From positions 96,001 to 160,000 of the IMG/VR virus record IMGVR_UViG_3300018876_000008: a stretch of 64,000 nucleotides of DNA; one strand, written 5' to 3'. Shown one piece after another: positions 9,480 through 18,746 of this stretch; the stretch's first letter is position 1; each line of letters begins with the position of its first letter. The notes under the pieces were generated by a model. The model did no database searches. It saw only the letters and a list, made by a program, of their open reading frames with translations, and was not told the DNA's origin. A program made the position numbers and the translations under genes. Source of the stretch: a virus.

Positions 9480-10150
9480 TATAACTCCAAAGTTTCTTCA
9501 ATATATTATATAAGAGATTCATTTATATAGAGTCCATAAGATAATACCCACTCTTTACATATACACAGTAAAAGAAAGGGGTATTGTATGGATATACATA
9601 TAAAGGTTAAGAAAAGGGGGTATCTATATGAGTAAACATATAATCCCTAATAAAAGGGTGTGGAGTATAGTCTATTATATAATACACTACCTATAATTCT
9701 CCGTAAGGAGAAGAAAACCAAAGTGTAGTGTGAGTATAGACTCATATAAGAACACCCTCTTAATAGAAAATCACCCAAAATCACGGTTTCATCTACGAAA
9801 CACTCTACAAAACACCACTTAGAACACCATTAACCGATATATAGGGATGGTGCCCACTAGTATTTCTAAATAGGGGATTCCGACAGTAAGGGAGGGGGTT
9901 ATGACCATTAGTGAACATAATCACCTAAAAGTATAACTAAATGGGGATTTCACCGATGAAAACAAAGATTTTTTAGGTATCTGTCGGAATAAACTCTTTG
10001 GAAATATTATTAAATGGTGTAAAACTAATGATTTAATATACTTAATTAATCATTCATATGCCGGAATCGGTTCCTTCGGACCTCTTTCTCGACCTTCGGT
10101 CGGTCTTTTTTCTTCTAAAAAATTTTTTTTTAACGGGTCCTTCGTCCCGT
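9480..10150 (+). ncRNA. Putative large structured non-coding RNA (ends approximate)
   Basis: ORF-free region with many nested helices, e.g. ATTCCGACAG 9877-9886 / CTGTCGGAAT 9981-9990; TTCTCC-GTAA-GGAGAA; G-U pairs and a GNRA loop favour the + strand. Confidence 0.6.
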
Positions 10151-10210
10151 ATTATTTACACCTTTTTAAGAAAGTCTTTAAACATAAAGGGGTCACATAT
10201 ATTTATAGTT

Positions 10211-10732
10211 ATGGATTTTAATTTAATGAGTGACATGTTTAATAGAATAATGCCTAAATCATATGAAGATTTATCTAAGTATTCTAATATGGTTATGGAC
10301 CATACTTTATTAGATGGTAAGATAAAGAATATTGAATTAAAGTTTGAACCTTCTAAAGAACCTATTAAATATGGTGGATGGGAAATGAGACAACCCGGTA
10401 CTTTAGTTGTTAATGTATTTTTAAATACAGAAAATTTTTATGGAATATCTGATAGTATACCAGGGATAGAAAAGACATATGAATTAATGCCTGAACTTGA
10501 AGCCGACACTTTTTTAGAATTTAATGGATACGAATTTATAAAAAACATAATCTTCCCATATATTTCAAAAAAGTTTCTTAGATTATTAGGGTTGTCATTT
10601 AATGATATCCCTTATATAGAATTTAATCTTATTAATCACAAAGGTGATGTTTTAGTTAATTACGAAGAAGATTTGGATACGTATGTTAGACCTTATTTGT
10701 TTGACAAACGTTTGTGGAAAAAAATAGATTAA
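10211..10732 (+). CDS. Hypothetical protein
   Basis: Start moved to ATG 10211, 4 nt after TATTTAT. Confidence 0.75.
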   Translation: MDFNLMSDMFNRIMPKSYEDLSKYSNMVMDHTLLDGKIKNIELKFEPSKEPIKYGGWEMRQPGTLVVNVFLNTENFYGISDSIPGIEKTYELMPELEADTFLEFNGYEFIKNIIFPYISKKFLRLLGLSFNDIPYIEFNLINHKGDVLVNYEEDLDTYVRPYLFDKRLWKKID

Positions 10733-11610
10733 AGTTCGTACTTACCTTTATTGGTTTCTAACCAATTAACAAACATATCTAATACTTCAAAGTCAACGTC
10801 CTCAAGGTATTCACCATAATTTAAATTATTTAAACCATCATAAGATGGTAAAGTAACTTGAATTAATACTGATATATTTTCAGTGAAAATATTATCATAG
10901 ACCATACCTGAATCGTATAGCATATCATAAAATGATGAGAATATATCACCATCAACGTTAAAGTGTCTATCTCTTGATTCTTCAGTAACTAAATTAGATA
11001 TTAATTCAAAAATATAATCAGGAGAAACCTCTTCAGATATACCTTCAACACTCTCTATAAAATCGTTAATAGTTTTACGAGTAAACGGATTACCATTTAA
11101 TTTTAATAATTCAGGATTATTTATTATTGCATCAAAACGAATAAAATCTTCATCCTCTAATTCAAAATAATAATTTATTTTACTATTGTATCCTTCTAAT
11201 AGTAAACTCTTAACAGTAGAGTTTAAAGGGAGTGTAACTTTAAAGTATTTAGTTATGTTTTTATAGTAATCTTGAATATTATTTTTAAGTTTATCACTTA
11301 AAGTTAAATTATTCCCAATTTTTTTACCATTTAAAATCACATTTCTAATATAAAAAGTTTTATTTAGAACTTTAGGTATATTGAAATAGGGTGAGTCTTT
11401 CATAAAAAGAGAAACAAACATATCTGAAAACATGACTTTAGTTAATATTGGTACAGGAAAATCTCCTTCCACAAAGATATCGATTGGTCTCAAACCATTA
11501 TCAGGTTCTTTCTCTCCCAATTCATAAGTTATATCCATACCCATATACTTAGAACGAGTTTGGTTCATAAATTGAATTAACATGTCGAATTTGGTATCCA
11601 TTTCACTCAT
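10729..11610 (-). CDS. Hypothetical protein
   Basis: 293 aa ORF, TATTTAT 5 nt before ATG. Confidence 0.8.
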   Translation of the reverse strand: MSEMDTKFDMLIQFMNQTRSKYMGMDITYELGEKEPDNGLRPIDIFVEGDFPVPILTKVMFSDMFVSLFMKDSPYFNIPKVLNKTFYIRNVILNGKKIGNNLTLSDKLKNNIQDYYKNITKYFKVTLPLNSTVKSLLLEGYNSKINYYFELEDEDFIRFDAIINNPELLKLNGNPFTRKTINDFIESVEGISEEVSPDYIFELISNLVTEESRDRHFNVDGDIFSSFYDMLYDSGMVYDNIFTENISVLIQVTLPSYDGLNNLNYGEYLEDVDFEVLDMFVNWLETNKGKYEL

Positions 11611-11665
11611 AACCTATAAATAGTTACGTAAAACATATTTAACCGAACAACTAATATTTATTAAT

Positions 11666-12028
11666 ATGAGTAACAAAGTTGCATTAGAGTTATTAAGGGA
11701 CTTTTTCATGATGCTTGGGCCCAAGAGACCTACCGAGTTTTATAACTTTGTGGTGACCCCTTATAAGGATTATAAGGAGGGTTCTCACGTTATATCTTTT
11801 AACCTATCAGATAAGTTAAAGGAAGAGTTGAATATTGATATAAATATGTTACCATTAAGTGCCAGTTCTTTAGAGAATTTGATTTTGTCTCACATGACTA
11901 GTGAGACCGGAGTTAATCAAAAATTTATGAATCTAATAGATTTTATTAAATCTTTACCTGATTTTAAAAAAAAGATTGACAACTATTTTGAAAAACAAAA
12001 TATAGATATTATATTTGAGTTCCAATAG
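11666..12028 (+). CDS. Hypothetical protein
   Basis: 120 aa ORF, TATTTAT 4 nt before ATG. Confidence 0.7.
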   Translation: MSNKVALELLRDFFMMLGPKRPTEFYNFVVTPYKDYKEGSHVISFNLSDKLKEELNIDINMLPLSASSLENLILSHMTSETGVNQKFMNLIDFIKSLPDFKKKIDNYFEKQNIDIIFEFQ

Positions 12029-12056
12029 TATTCCATAAATTATTTAAACAGAAAGA

Positions 12057-12272
12057 ATGGGAAATGCAGAGAAAATTAATCAACTTGAAAAACAGATTAA
12101 AGTTTTGGAGGATGAGAAATCAACTATACAAGAACAGTGTAGTCATAAAGAAACTCGTGTCCAATTCGAAAAAGGTACCAGTAATATGAGATTGTACTGC
12201 TGTGAATGTAATAGACAATTAGGTTTTCCTTCACAGAGCGAAATCGATAAATTTTTAAACGTAAAAAAATAA
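12057..12272 (+). CDS. Small coiled-coil plus zinc-ribbon protein
   Basis: CSH...CCEC motif after a coiled coil; TATATTTG at 12010. Confidence 0.65.
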   Translation: MGNAEKINQLEKQIKVLEDEKSTIQEQCSHKETRVQFEKGTSNMRLYCCECNRQLGFPSQSEIDKFLNVKK

Positions 12273-12275
12273 AAT

Positions 12276-12383
12276 ATGGCTTGTGAAAATTGTACGTGTA
12301 ACAAAGACAAATGTCTTAACGAAGGTTGTACTTGCACTAACTGTGAGTGTAAATTTATAGATAATACCTCTGAGGAGGTTTAG
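12276..12383 (+). CDS. Metallothionein-like Cys-rich peptide (35 aa, not in ORF track)
   Basis: MACENCTCNKDKCLNEGCTCTNCECKFIDNTSEEV*; 8 Cys in CxC/CxxC pattern; starts 3 nt after the previous stop. Confidence 0.65.
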   Translation: MACENCTCNKDKCLNEGCTCTNCECKFIDNTSEEV

Positions 12384-12440
12384 GACCGCTTATGTTTATG
12401 GGCGATTTTAAGGGGGAAGGTTCGCTACCGTCTCCCTTTT

Positions 12441-13199
12441 CTATTTTCTAAAACCTTTGATTTCTTTTCTGTTAACCACATCAATTAAACTCTTTAATTG
12501 GTTAACTCTATTAGATATAACTGATTGCATTAATTCTAAGGTTTCAATATCATATTCACCATTAACGAAGTTCATAAAATCCTCCGATTTTATTTCTGGC
12601 TGTACCTCAACATCTTCATTTAATTTTGATGTATCTGAGTTCATCGGTACTTCTTTAATGTCATCTACAATTTGTTCAGTATCCCAAGTGTCACCCCACT
12701 CCTCATATAAAAACTTACCATCAGATACGTCAATTTCACGATAATCAATTTGTTTTTTGATAAACTCTTTTGAATATCCTTCAACAAATAATTTATAATA
12801 ATCGCCTTTTCTACCGGTATATCTTTCTTCAGCTAATACTTCAAATTTTTTAAGAGTTGGTACGACATACTTAGTTTTATCAGTTTCACCATCACGAATT
12901 AGTTCAATATTTTCTAATATGAAATTTCCATATAAATCTTCAATAATTCCATCAAATTTAGGTAAACCAAATAAAGATAAATTTTTAATAATTAAAGGTT
13001 TTAAACTTGTACTGTAATTTGAATCAGTAAAATCGATATCATCAAAATCTTCTACATAATCAAATGGTTCAGGGTTTTTTTCTTTTAAAAATAATAACAT
13101 AGTTATAAGTGCGTCTATATTAATTGAAGGAGCAACAACCTTTTTAAAACTTTGTTCTGTTATCATCATAATATTTTTGATTCTTTTAACTGTAGACAT
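12441..13199 (-). CDS. Hypothetical protein with RIKxIM..ITEQ leader
   Basis: MSTVKRIKNIMMITEQ; internal LNE; TATTTAT upstream. Confidence 0.75.
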   Translation of the reverse strand: MSTVKRIKNIMMITEQSFKKVVAPSINIDALITMLLFLKEKNPEPFDYVEDFDDIDFTDSNYSTSLKPLIIKNLSLFGLPKFDGIIEDLYGNFILENIELIRDGETDKTKYVVPTLKKFEVLAEERYTGRKGDYYKLFVEGYSKEFIKKQIDYREIDVSDGKFLYEEWGDTWDTEQIVDDIKEVPMNSDTSKLNEDVEVQPEIKSEDFMNFVNGEYDIETLELMQSVISNRVNQLKSLIDVVNRKEIKGFRK

Positions 13200-13254
13200 G
13201 TATAGTTTTATTTTTAAATAAATATCTGAATATTTATATTAAAACAATACTAAA

Positions 13255-14109
13255 GTGAATTTTGAACAAATAGTACCCTTAATAAAAAAATTTATCGATA
13301 AGGTAGTTAATCTTGATAAAACATTATCAAAACCAAGCGCCGGATTTATTATTAATAGAATGTTAACACTACCAGGTGCTAGTAGATTAGTTAGGTCTTC
13401 TTTCAATAACAAAGAAATAGTTCAATTAGCATATGCAGTTTATTTCATGTTTAAAGGTAACAGTTTGGAAGCTGCAATATGGAAATCTAAAAATGATTTA
13501 AGTCTCTTAAAATTAAGAGAAGTTGGGGATTCATATACATTAGAAATAGAATGTGAGGAATGTTATGGTGATGGCTATATAGATTGTGATGAATGTGAAG
13601 GTTCAGGTAATGAAGAATGTGAGGAATGTGAAGGTACAGGGTTAGTTTATGACGTAGATGTATCTGATGAGGACATGGAGTGTCAGGAATGCGAGGGTAC
13701 AGGACAACGTCCTTGTTGGACATGTTCGGAAAGTGGGGGACATGTTGATTGTGATAATTGTGTTGGTTCAGGGACTCATGATGATGATGAGGATACCGTA
13801 TTTTATAATGATTCTGTTTGGGTAATCGGAAATCCTGAATTAAGTCAAAAATTAGATTCTTTAGAACAAGGTACATTTATTCCGAATATAGAGGAGTTAT
13901 TAGATGAATATAAAGGGGATATAGTACTTTTATCGTGGGTTGAGGAAGCGGATAGTGAACCGATATATGATTTTGAAAGTACGTATGGAAATTATTCAGA
14001 TTTACACAAAAGTGAATCTATTGAATTCTTAAGAGATTATAAAGAGACTAGTCCATCTAGTTTTATAGAAAAACCCTCAAATAAAAATCTTATAGGTTAT
14101 AGAATCTAA
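13255..14109 (+). CDS. Protein with DnaJ-type CxxCxGxG zinc-finger repeats
   Basis: CEECYGDG, CDECEGSG, CEECEGTG, CQECEGTG, CWTCSESG, CDNCVGSG; no J-domain HPD motif. Confidence 0.75.
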   Translation: MNFEQIVPLIKKFIDKVVNLDKTLSKPSAGFIINRMLTLPGASRLVRSSFNNKEIVQLAYAVYFMFKGNSLEAAIWKSKNDLSLLKLREVGDSYTLEIECEECYGDGYIDCDECEGSGNEECEECEGTGLVYDVDVSDEDMECQECEGTGQRPCWTCSESGGHVDCDNCVGSGTHDDDEDTVFYNDSVWVIGNPELSQKLDSLEQGTFIPNIEELLDEYKGDIVLLSWVEEADSEPIYDFESTYGNYSDLHKSESIEFLRDYKETSPSSFIEKPSNKNLIGYRI

Positions 14110-14114
14110 ATATT

Positions 14115-14396
14115 TTAGATTGAATACTTACTTATAAATCTTTTTATTTTATTAATATTACCAAATGATTTTAATACGATAGTTCCCCCATCTCTAGTTA
14201 TAGATACTGATAAATTATCCATATCGTAAATAATTTTATGTGTATCATTTTCCTTTATTAACTTTTTATTGTTAAACGTACTTAATTTAAATCCTAAATT
14301 AATAAGATATTCTTGTATGTCATCTTTAGGAATAAAAGATGGTTCACTCTTTTTAATTCCAAATAAATTTTTTAAAAAATTAATCATCTCTCTCAT
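14115..14396 (-). CDS. Hypothetical protein
   Basis: 93 aa ORF. Confidence 0.65.
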   Translation of the reverse strand: MREMINFLKNLFGIKKSEPSFIPKDDIQEYLINLGFKLSTFNNKKLIKENDTHKIIYDMDNLSVSITRDGGTIVLKSFGNINKIKRFISKYSI

Positions 14397-14688
14397 CTAT
14401 TAATGGGTATTCTTTATTGATGTGTTTTAGTCTGTTCTCCAACCAACTATTATAGGTTTCATCACTTTCTAAAATACCGTACCTATTTAATGTATCCCTT
14501 AAAATTGAAACTTCATTTCTAATATCATCCATTAATTTCCAAATGTAGGGAGGGGCTTTACTTACATTCTGAATACTTACACTGGTATGGTTTGCGGATT
14601 GCAAATATTTTCTTAATTCAGTATACATTTCGACAATTTTATTGTCGGCTTTAGTTTTATCTAAAAATTTTTCCATTGAAGTACTCAT
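14380..14688 (-). CDS. Hypothetical protein
   Basis: 102 aa ORF, TATTTAT 4 nt before ATG. Confidence 0.7.
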   Translation of the reverse strand: MSTSMEKFLDKTKADNKIVEMYTELRKYLQSANHTSVSIQNVSKAPPYIWKLMDDIRNEVSILRDTLNRYGILESDETYNSWLENRLKHINKEYPLIDERDD

Positions 14689-14708
14689 GACTATAAATAT
14701 AGTCGAGT

Positions 14709-14963
14709 TTATAAAGTATGAAGTATATTTTTATAAACTAATGAAAGATTTTCACCGCCAGTATTATTTTGATAAAATTCTAAATCTCCTGTATGTGTTG
14801 TGTCTTGAGACCAGTAAGTTTCTGTCTCATTTTTGATAGTTTCGATAGTATAAGTTTCTATATTATCAATTTTAAGTACGTTAAATATTTCAGTTAAATC
14901 CTCTTTTGTGAATTTACCGTGTATTTGTATCGTTTTAGTTTTTAAATCTAATGTGAATTTCAT
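14709..14963 (-). CDS. Hypothetical protein
   Basis: 84 aa ORF coupled to the upstream gene (TAATG). Confidence 0.65.
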   Translation of the reverse strand: MKFTLDLKTKTIQIHGKFTKEDLTEIFNVLKIDNIETYTIETIKNETETYWSQDTTHTGDLEFYQNNTGGENLSLVYKNILHTL

Positions 14964-15220
14964 TATTTTTCTTTAGTTTCTTTAGTTTCTATATTTTTAG
15001 TGAAACAATTACCTTCATTGATATTATTCCACAAATAGTATAGTAAAAAAACAGAAAGTAGTAAAGAAATTGATTCTACAATCCAAAATTCTTTGGAGTA
15101 ACCACATTCACTTATAATATAACCTTTAAATGTATCAACCACTGATAGTAGTGATAACCCAATAAAGATTAATATAACTTTTTGATACTTTAGACAAAAT
15201 TTTAAATGTTTGTTAAACAT
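14963..15220 (-). CDS. Two-TM membrane protein
   Basis: Start at ATG 15220, 4 nt after TATATTTG; two hydrophobic helices. Confidence 0.65.
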   Translation of the reverse strand: MFNKHLKFCLKYQKVILIFIGLSLLSVVDTFKGYIISECGYSKEFWIVESISLLLSVFLLYYLWNNINEGNCFTKNIETKETKEK

Positions 15221-15221
15221 G

Positions 15222-15845
15222 TTACAAATATACATCTAATGTGTCAGCATCAGTACTAAATTCGTCTATGAAATCCTGAGTGAATTTACCATCTTTTCTT
15301 AGATATTCAACAGGTATGTTACTAAAAACCCAATCTAAACAAAGTATAGCTACTAAATGCTTGTCTTTATCATATATCGGTACGGCGCAATGTCCTTTAG
15401 TTCCACTAGAATAAGCCAATGACCTCAAACCAATATCATTCATATCTTCGATATTTGGAAAATACATATTATTTTCCATAACATCTTTTATGTAACTAGT
15501 AAAACTAGTGATTAAATGATTTTGATTTTTTTCGGCTTTTCGTTCTAATCCATCAGAACATCTTTCATAAGTAATTGATAATTTTTGCATAGGTGAAGTA
15601 GTATAAAAACTACCACCATTATGAAATTGCCATATATATACTCTATCGGCGTTATATCTTCGCCTAACGTCTCTTATTGCGAGATGTACTATTTCATCTC
15701 TTTTGATTTGTTCCATTAGTTTTTCTTTAGACTTATTTTTTTCTTGTTTTTCTCTCATTTGTCTAAAGAAACCTGCACCAACTAAAGCGACAATAATTGA
15801 TGTTATAGAGGTTATTAAAACTTCCGTTATTCTTATCCAGTCCAT
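15222..15845 (-). CDS. Single-TM protein with GAF-like domain (possible T4 T-type holin)
   Basis: N-terminal TM helix, then NADRVYIWQFHNG...CAVPIYD..HLVAILCLDW; TATTTAT upstream. Confidence 0.55.
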   Translation of the reverse strand: MDWIRITEVLITSITSIIVALVGAGFFRQMREKQEKNKSKEKLMEQIKRDEIVHLAIRDVRRRYNADRVYIWQFHNGGSFYTTSPMQKLSITYERCSDGLERKAEKNQNHLITSFTSYIKDVMENNMYFPNIEDMNDIGLRSLAYSSGTKGHCAVPIYDKDKHLVAILCLDWVFSNIPVEYLRKDGKFTQDFIDEFSTDADTLDVYL

Positions 15846-15878
15846 TAAATCGTAATTTATATCTTATAAATATGTGGT

Positions 15879-16118
15879 TTAGAGGACTTTTTTTGTTTTT
15901 TCAACTCTTTTAGTCCCAAAATTTACTTTGTACCACAATCTCTCGTGTATAAAATAAAGAATCATCTTGGTTACAATCTCAAATGAACCGATAGTTAAAC
16001 CAATTAGTGGGTCACCTGAAACAAACCATCCAATTAACATTGTGTCAATAGTACCTACAATTCTCCATGTTATAGTTTTTAGTAGATGTCTTTTTACTGT
16101 TACTTTTGTTTTTACCAT
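15879..16118 (-). CDS. DUF2061-like membrane protein
   Basis: RHLLKTITWRIVGTIDT...KMILYFIHERLW signature. Confidence 0.85.
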   Translation of the reverse strand: MVKTKVTVKRHLLKTITWRIVGTIDTMLIGWFVSGDPLIGLTIGSFEIVTKMILYFIHERLWYKVNFGTKRVEKTKKVL

Positions 16119-16189
16119 ATAGTATAAGTATCTAAGTAAAAAATACTAAGTAAATAAATCCCCCACAATTAGGTGAGGGATTTAAAAAA

Positions 16190-16861
16190 TTACTTCTTAC
16201 TACGAATCACCTCATCGATAATTCCATACTCTAAAGCCTCTTCCGATGATAACCACAAATCACGGGACGCATCCTGTTTTACTTTTTCGGGGTCTTTATC
16301 ACAAAATTCACCAAGTAGGTTAAATAATGTGTCATTTAGTTTAGTCCATTCTTTCATTGTAATTTCAGCATCTTGAATGTTACCTACCGCACCTCCCGAT
16401 GATTGATGTAACATTGTACGAGAAAATCTAAGTGATGAACGTTTACCTTTAGTTCCCGCTCCCAATAGAATTGAACCCATAGATGCCGCCATACCTGTAT
16501 TTACTGTAACAATATCAGATTTAATGTAGTGCATAACATCGACCATTGAAAGTCCTGATTTAACCGAACCACCAGGTGAATCAATATGCATCGTTATATC
16601 CATATTATCGACAGAATCTAAATACATAAGTTGTGCTTGTACCACTGTTGACATTGCGTCATTAACAGGTCCTGCAACCCATAAAAGACGGTCTCTCATT
16701 AATCTTGAGAAGATATCTAATTGTACTGCCCTCATCTCTCTTTCTTCTAAAATGTAAGGGGTCATAGAACCCTCAAGTTCTTTTTTAATGTGATGCATTG
16801 TTAATGAAGATAAATTATGTTCACTCATTGCATACTTTTGAAAATCTTTTCCGTAATCCAT
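16190..16861 (-). CDS. clpP: ATP-dependent Clp protease proteolytic subunit
   Basis: DIFSRL, IDSPGGSV, GMAASMG (catalytic Ser), MLHQ (His), RDLWLS..EALEYGIID. Confidence 0.97.
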   Translation of the reverse strand: MDYGKDFQKYAMSEHNLSSLTMHHIKKELEGSMTPYILEEREMRAVQLDIFSRLMRDRLLWVAGPVNDAMSTVVQAQLMYLDSVDNMDITMHIDSPGGSVKSGLSMVDVMHYIKSDIVTVNTGMAASMGSILLGAGTKGKRSSLRFSRTMLHQSSGGAVGNIQDAEITMKEWTKLNDTLFNLLGEFCDKDPEKVKQDASRDLWLSSEEALEYGIIDEVIRSKK

Positions 16862-16934
16862 ATTTTTTTAATTTTAGTTCTACCGTTATATTTATAGTAA
16901 CAAAGGTAAGTAAAAAAAACCAAATAGAAAAGAT

Positions 16935-17999
16935 ATGAGTTTAAATTTGAAAGAAGCTGCTGGAGTACCTAAAGGTATTGTTGATGCGGGTGAAAAACTA
17001 TATAATGATTTTAAACAAAAGGTAGTTCCTATGTTAAAGGATGGTCAAACTGAATATGAAGTTAATTTTAAACCATCAGAACCATACAAAATAGGTGATG
17101 AAGAAATTAGTGATGTTGAGATTAATTTAACCCTTAGACCTGATAGCGATAGTTATGGGGAAGCTAACATGCAAGTATTTAGAAAAAATACTTTGAAAAA
17201 AGTTGGTAATGAATATGTTCTAATGAAGGTTAATAAGAATGGTAAAGTTATATTAACTATTGATAAACCTGTACCTGAAGATTGGAATGTAAAAGATGTG
17301 ATAAATTCTATTAATAACTCAAAAGTTCAAACAGTTAGCGCCTTATCACACGAATTAAAACATGAGTATGACGATTTAAAAACACCTCATATGGGAGTTG
17401 AAAAAGTTTCAGAATATCAATCAAATACTGAAATGTTTAACTTTCCAATTGCGCCAATCCAAAGAATGTTTTTTGATTTATATTATTTAGATGAAATAGA
17501 AAATTCAGTTAGACCCACGGAACTTTATGCTAAATTAAAAACTTTAGGTATAGGTAAATCAGGATTTTTAGATTACTTGAAAAAAGAATATTTCATTATT
17601 ATGGAATCTATGAGATTTAGTGTTAATGAAATGATAAAGGAAATATATGGTAATATGAATTCAGTTGATGAGTTATTAAGTCAGGTAGATGGTTTAGGGG
17701 TACCTGTTTCTGAACTTAGTGACGATGAAAAAGTAAATTTAGTTTTGAGGATTGCTTATATATCTGCGTCTAATACTCGAAGACAGAATTATGGAGACTC
17801 ATTAGTTGACAATGATATTGAAACTGAAATAGGGTTTTTCGGAGACAAAGCCGTACAATTTGATAAGTATGAAAAAAGTTTTGGTAAGTACGAAGAAGAT
17901 ATTATGAAATTTTATCAAGACATCGAAAAATACTTAAAAAGAAGTTCCGCAAAAGTTATGAAGAAACTAGGGAAAGTTTATTCTCTACTCCCTGACTAA
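16935..17999 (+). CDS. HExxH zincin-like protein
   Basis: LSHELKHEY with downstream YYLDEIE; leader LKEAAG; TATTTAT at 16889. Confidence 0.55.
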   Translation: MSLNLKEAAGVPKGIVDAGEKLYNDFKQKVVPMLKDGQTEYEVNFKPSEPYKIGDEEISDVEINLTLRPDSDSYGEANMQVFRKNTLKKVGNEYVLMKVNKNGKVILTIDKPVPEDWNVKDVINSINNSKVQTVSALSHELKHEYDDLKTPHMGVEKVSEYQSNTEMFNFPIAPIQRMFFDLYYLDEIENSVRPTELYAKLKTLGIGKSGFLDYLKKEYFIIMESMRFSVNEMIKEIYGNMNSVDELLSQVDGLGVPVSELSDDEKVNLVLRIAYISASNTRRQNYGDSLVDNDIETEIGFFGDKAVQFDKYEKSFGKYEEDIMKFYQDIEKYLKRSSAKVMKKLGKVYSLLPD

Positions 18000-18462
18000 A
18001 CCATTTAGGGGTTTTTCTATTTTTCCATTTAGAAAAATAAGCTTTATCTCCGAGATAATAGTTTCTATAAGATTCTACAACAGATTTAACCTTATATTGG
18101 TTTGGCATTGCTTTAGGTGGTTCAGTAAAACCTTTATCGGAAATGTTAGGTTTATTTACCACACACCATTCAATAACCTCCTGAGATTTGTGCTTACGAC
18201 CATAACGGTAAGTGTATTCATAACATAACTCTAATCCTAATTCGCACAACCACAGATAATTGGTGATACTTTCACGTGCCCAAATAGAACATGGATGATT
18301 CTTATGTGATAATTTATAAGGTATCTCATTACTGATTGATTCTGTCATGTGATGTACTCCGCAAAGTAGTTGGGCGGATTCAAGTATCATTTTAACTACA
18401 TGTTTGTCGTTGTGATATTCGGCACATTTCTTTACGTCTAAATCTAATACAAATATATTCAT
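17956..18462 (-). CDS. Pyrimidine dimer DNA glycosylase-like protein
   Basis: MNIFVLD..DKHVVKMILESAQLL, YKLSHKNHPCSIW, EYTYRYGRKH, AMP, YRNYY. Confidence 0.85.
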   Translation of the reverse strand: MNIFVLDLDVKKCAEYHNDKHVVKMILESAQLLCGVHHMTESISNEIPYKLSHKNHPCSIWARESITNYLWLCELGLELCYEYTYRYGRKHKSQEVIEWCVVNKPNISDKGFTEPPKAMPNQYKVKSVVESYRNYYLGDKAYFSKWKNRKTPKWFSQGVENKLSLVSS

Positions 18463-18499
18463 AGTGTTTATTTATTAATACAAATATAATAAAAAATGT

Positions 18500-18733
18500 T
18501 TAATTAAAGCCTAACTCTATCGACCGAAATGCTATTTTTTCAGAAATTAAATTCCACCTCTCTATTTCATTTACATGTGTTGAGTTAAATAAATCTATAA
18601 CATCACTTGATAAGTCATCATTCATTACAAAGGCGTCCGCATGACCTAAATAAGTTTTTATCTCAGTTATCCCCCCTCTCCTGTATTTTTCAACTAATAC
18701 TTCTTCTGTAATCCATCTTTTATGAAATCCCAT
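18500..18733 (-). CDS. Hypothetical protein
   Basis: 77 aa ORF starting MGFHKRWI. Confidence 0.7.
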   Translation of the reverse strand: MGFHKRWITEEVLVEKYRRGGITEIKTYLGHADAFVMNDDLSSDVIDLFNSTHVNEIERWNLISEKIAFRSIELGFN

Positions 18734-18746
18734 AATTTTTATTTTT

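Noticed and set aside
9480-10150. RNase P RNA or group I/II intron
   Set aside because: No GAGGAAAGTCC-type RNase P core or group II domain V seen on either strand, and the flanking genes are complete and not interrupted
10058-10210. N-terminal extension of the ORF-track gene 10058..10732
   Set aside because: It runs through hairpins and T tracts; a TATTTAT-4 nt-ATG start at 10211 is more consistent with other genes
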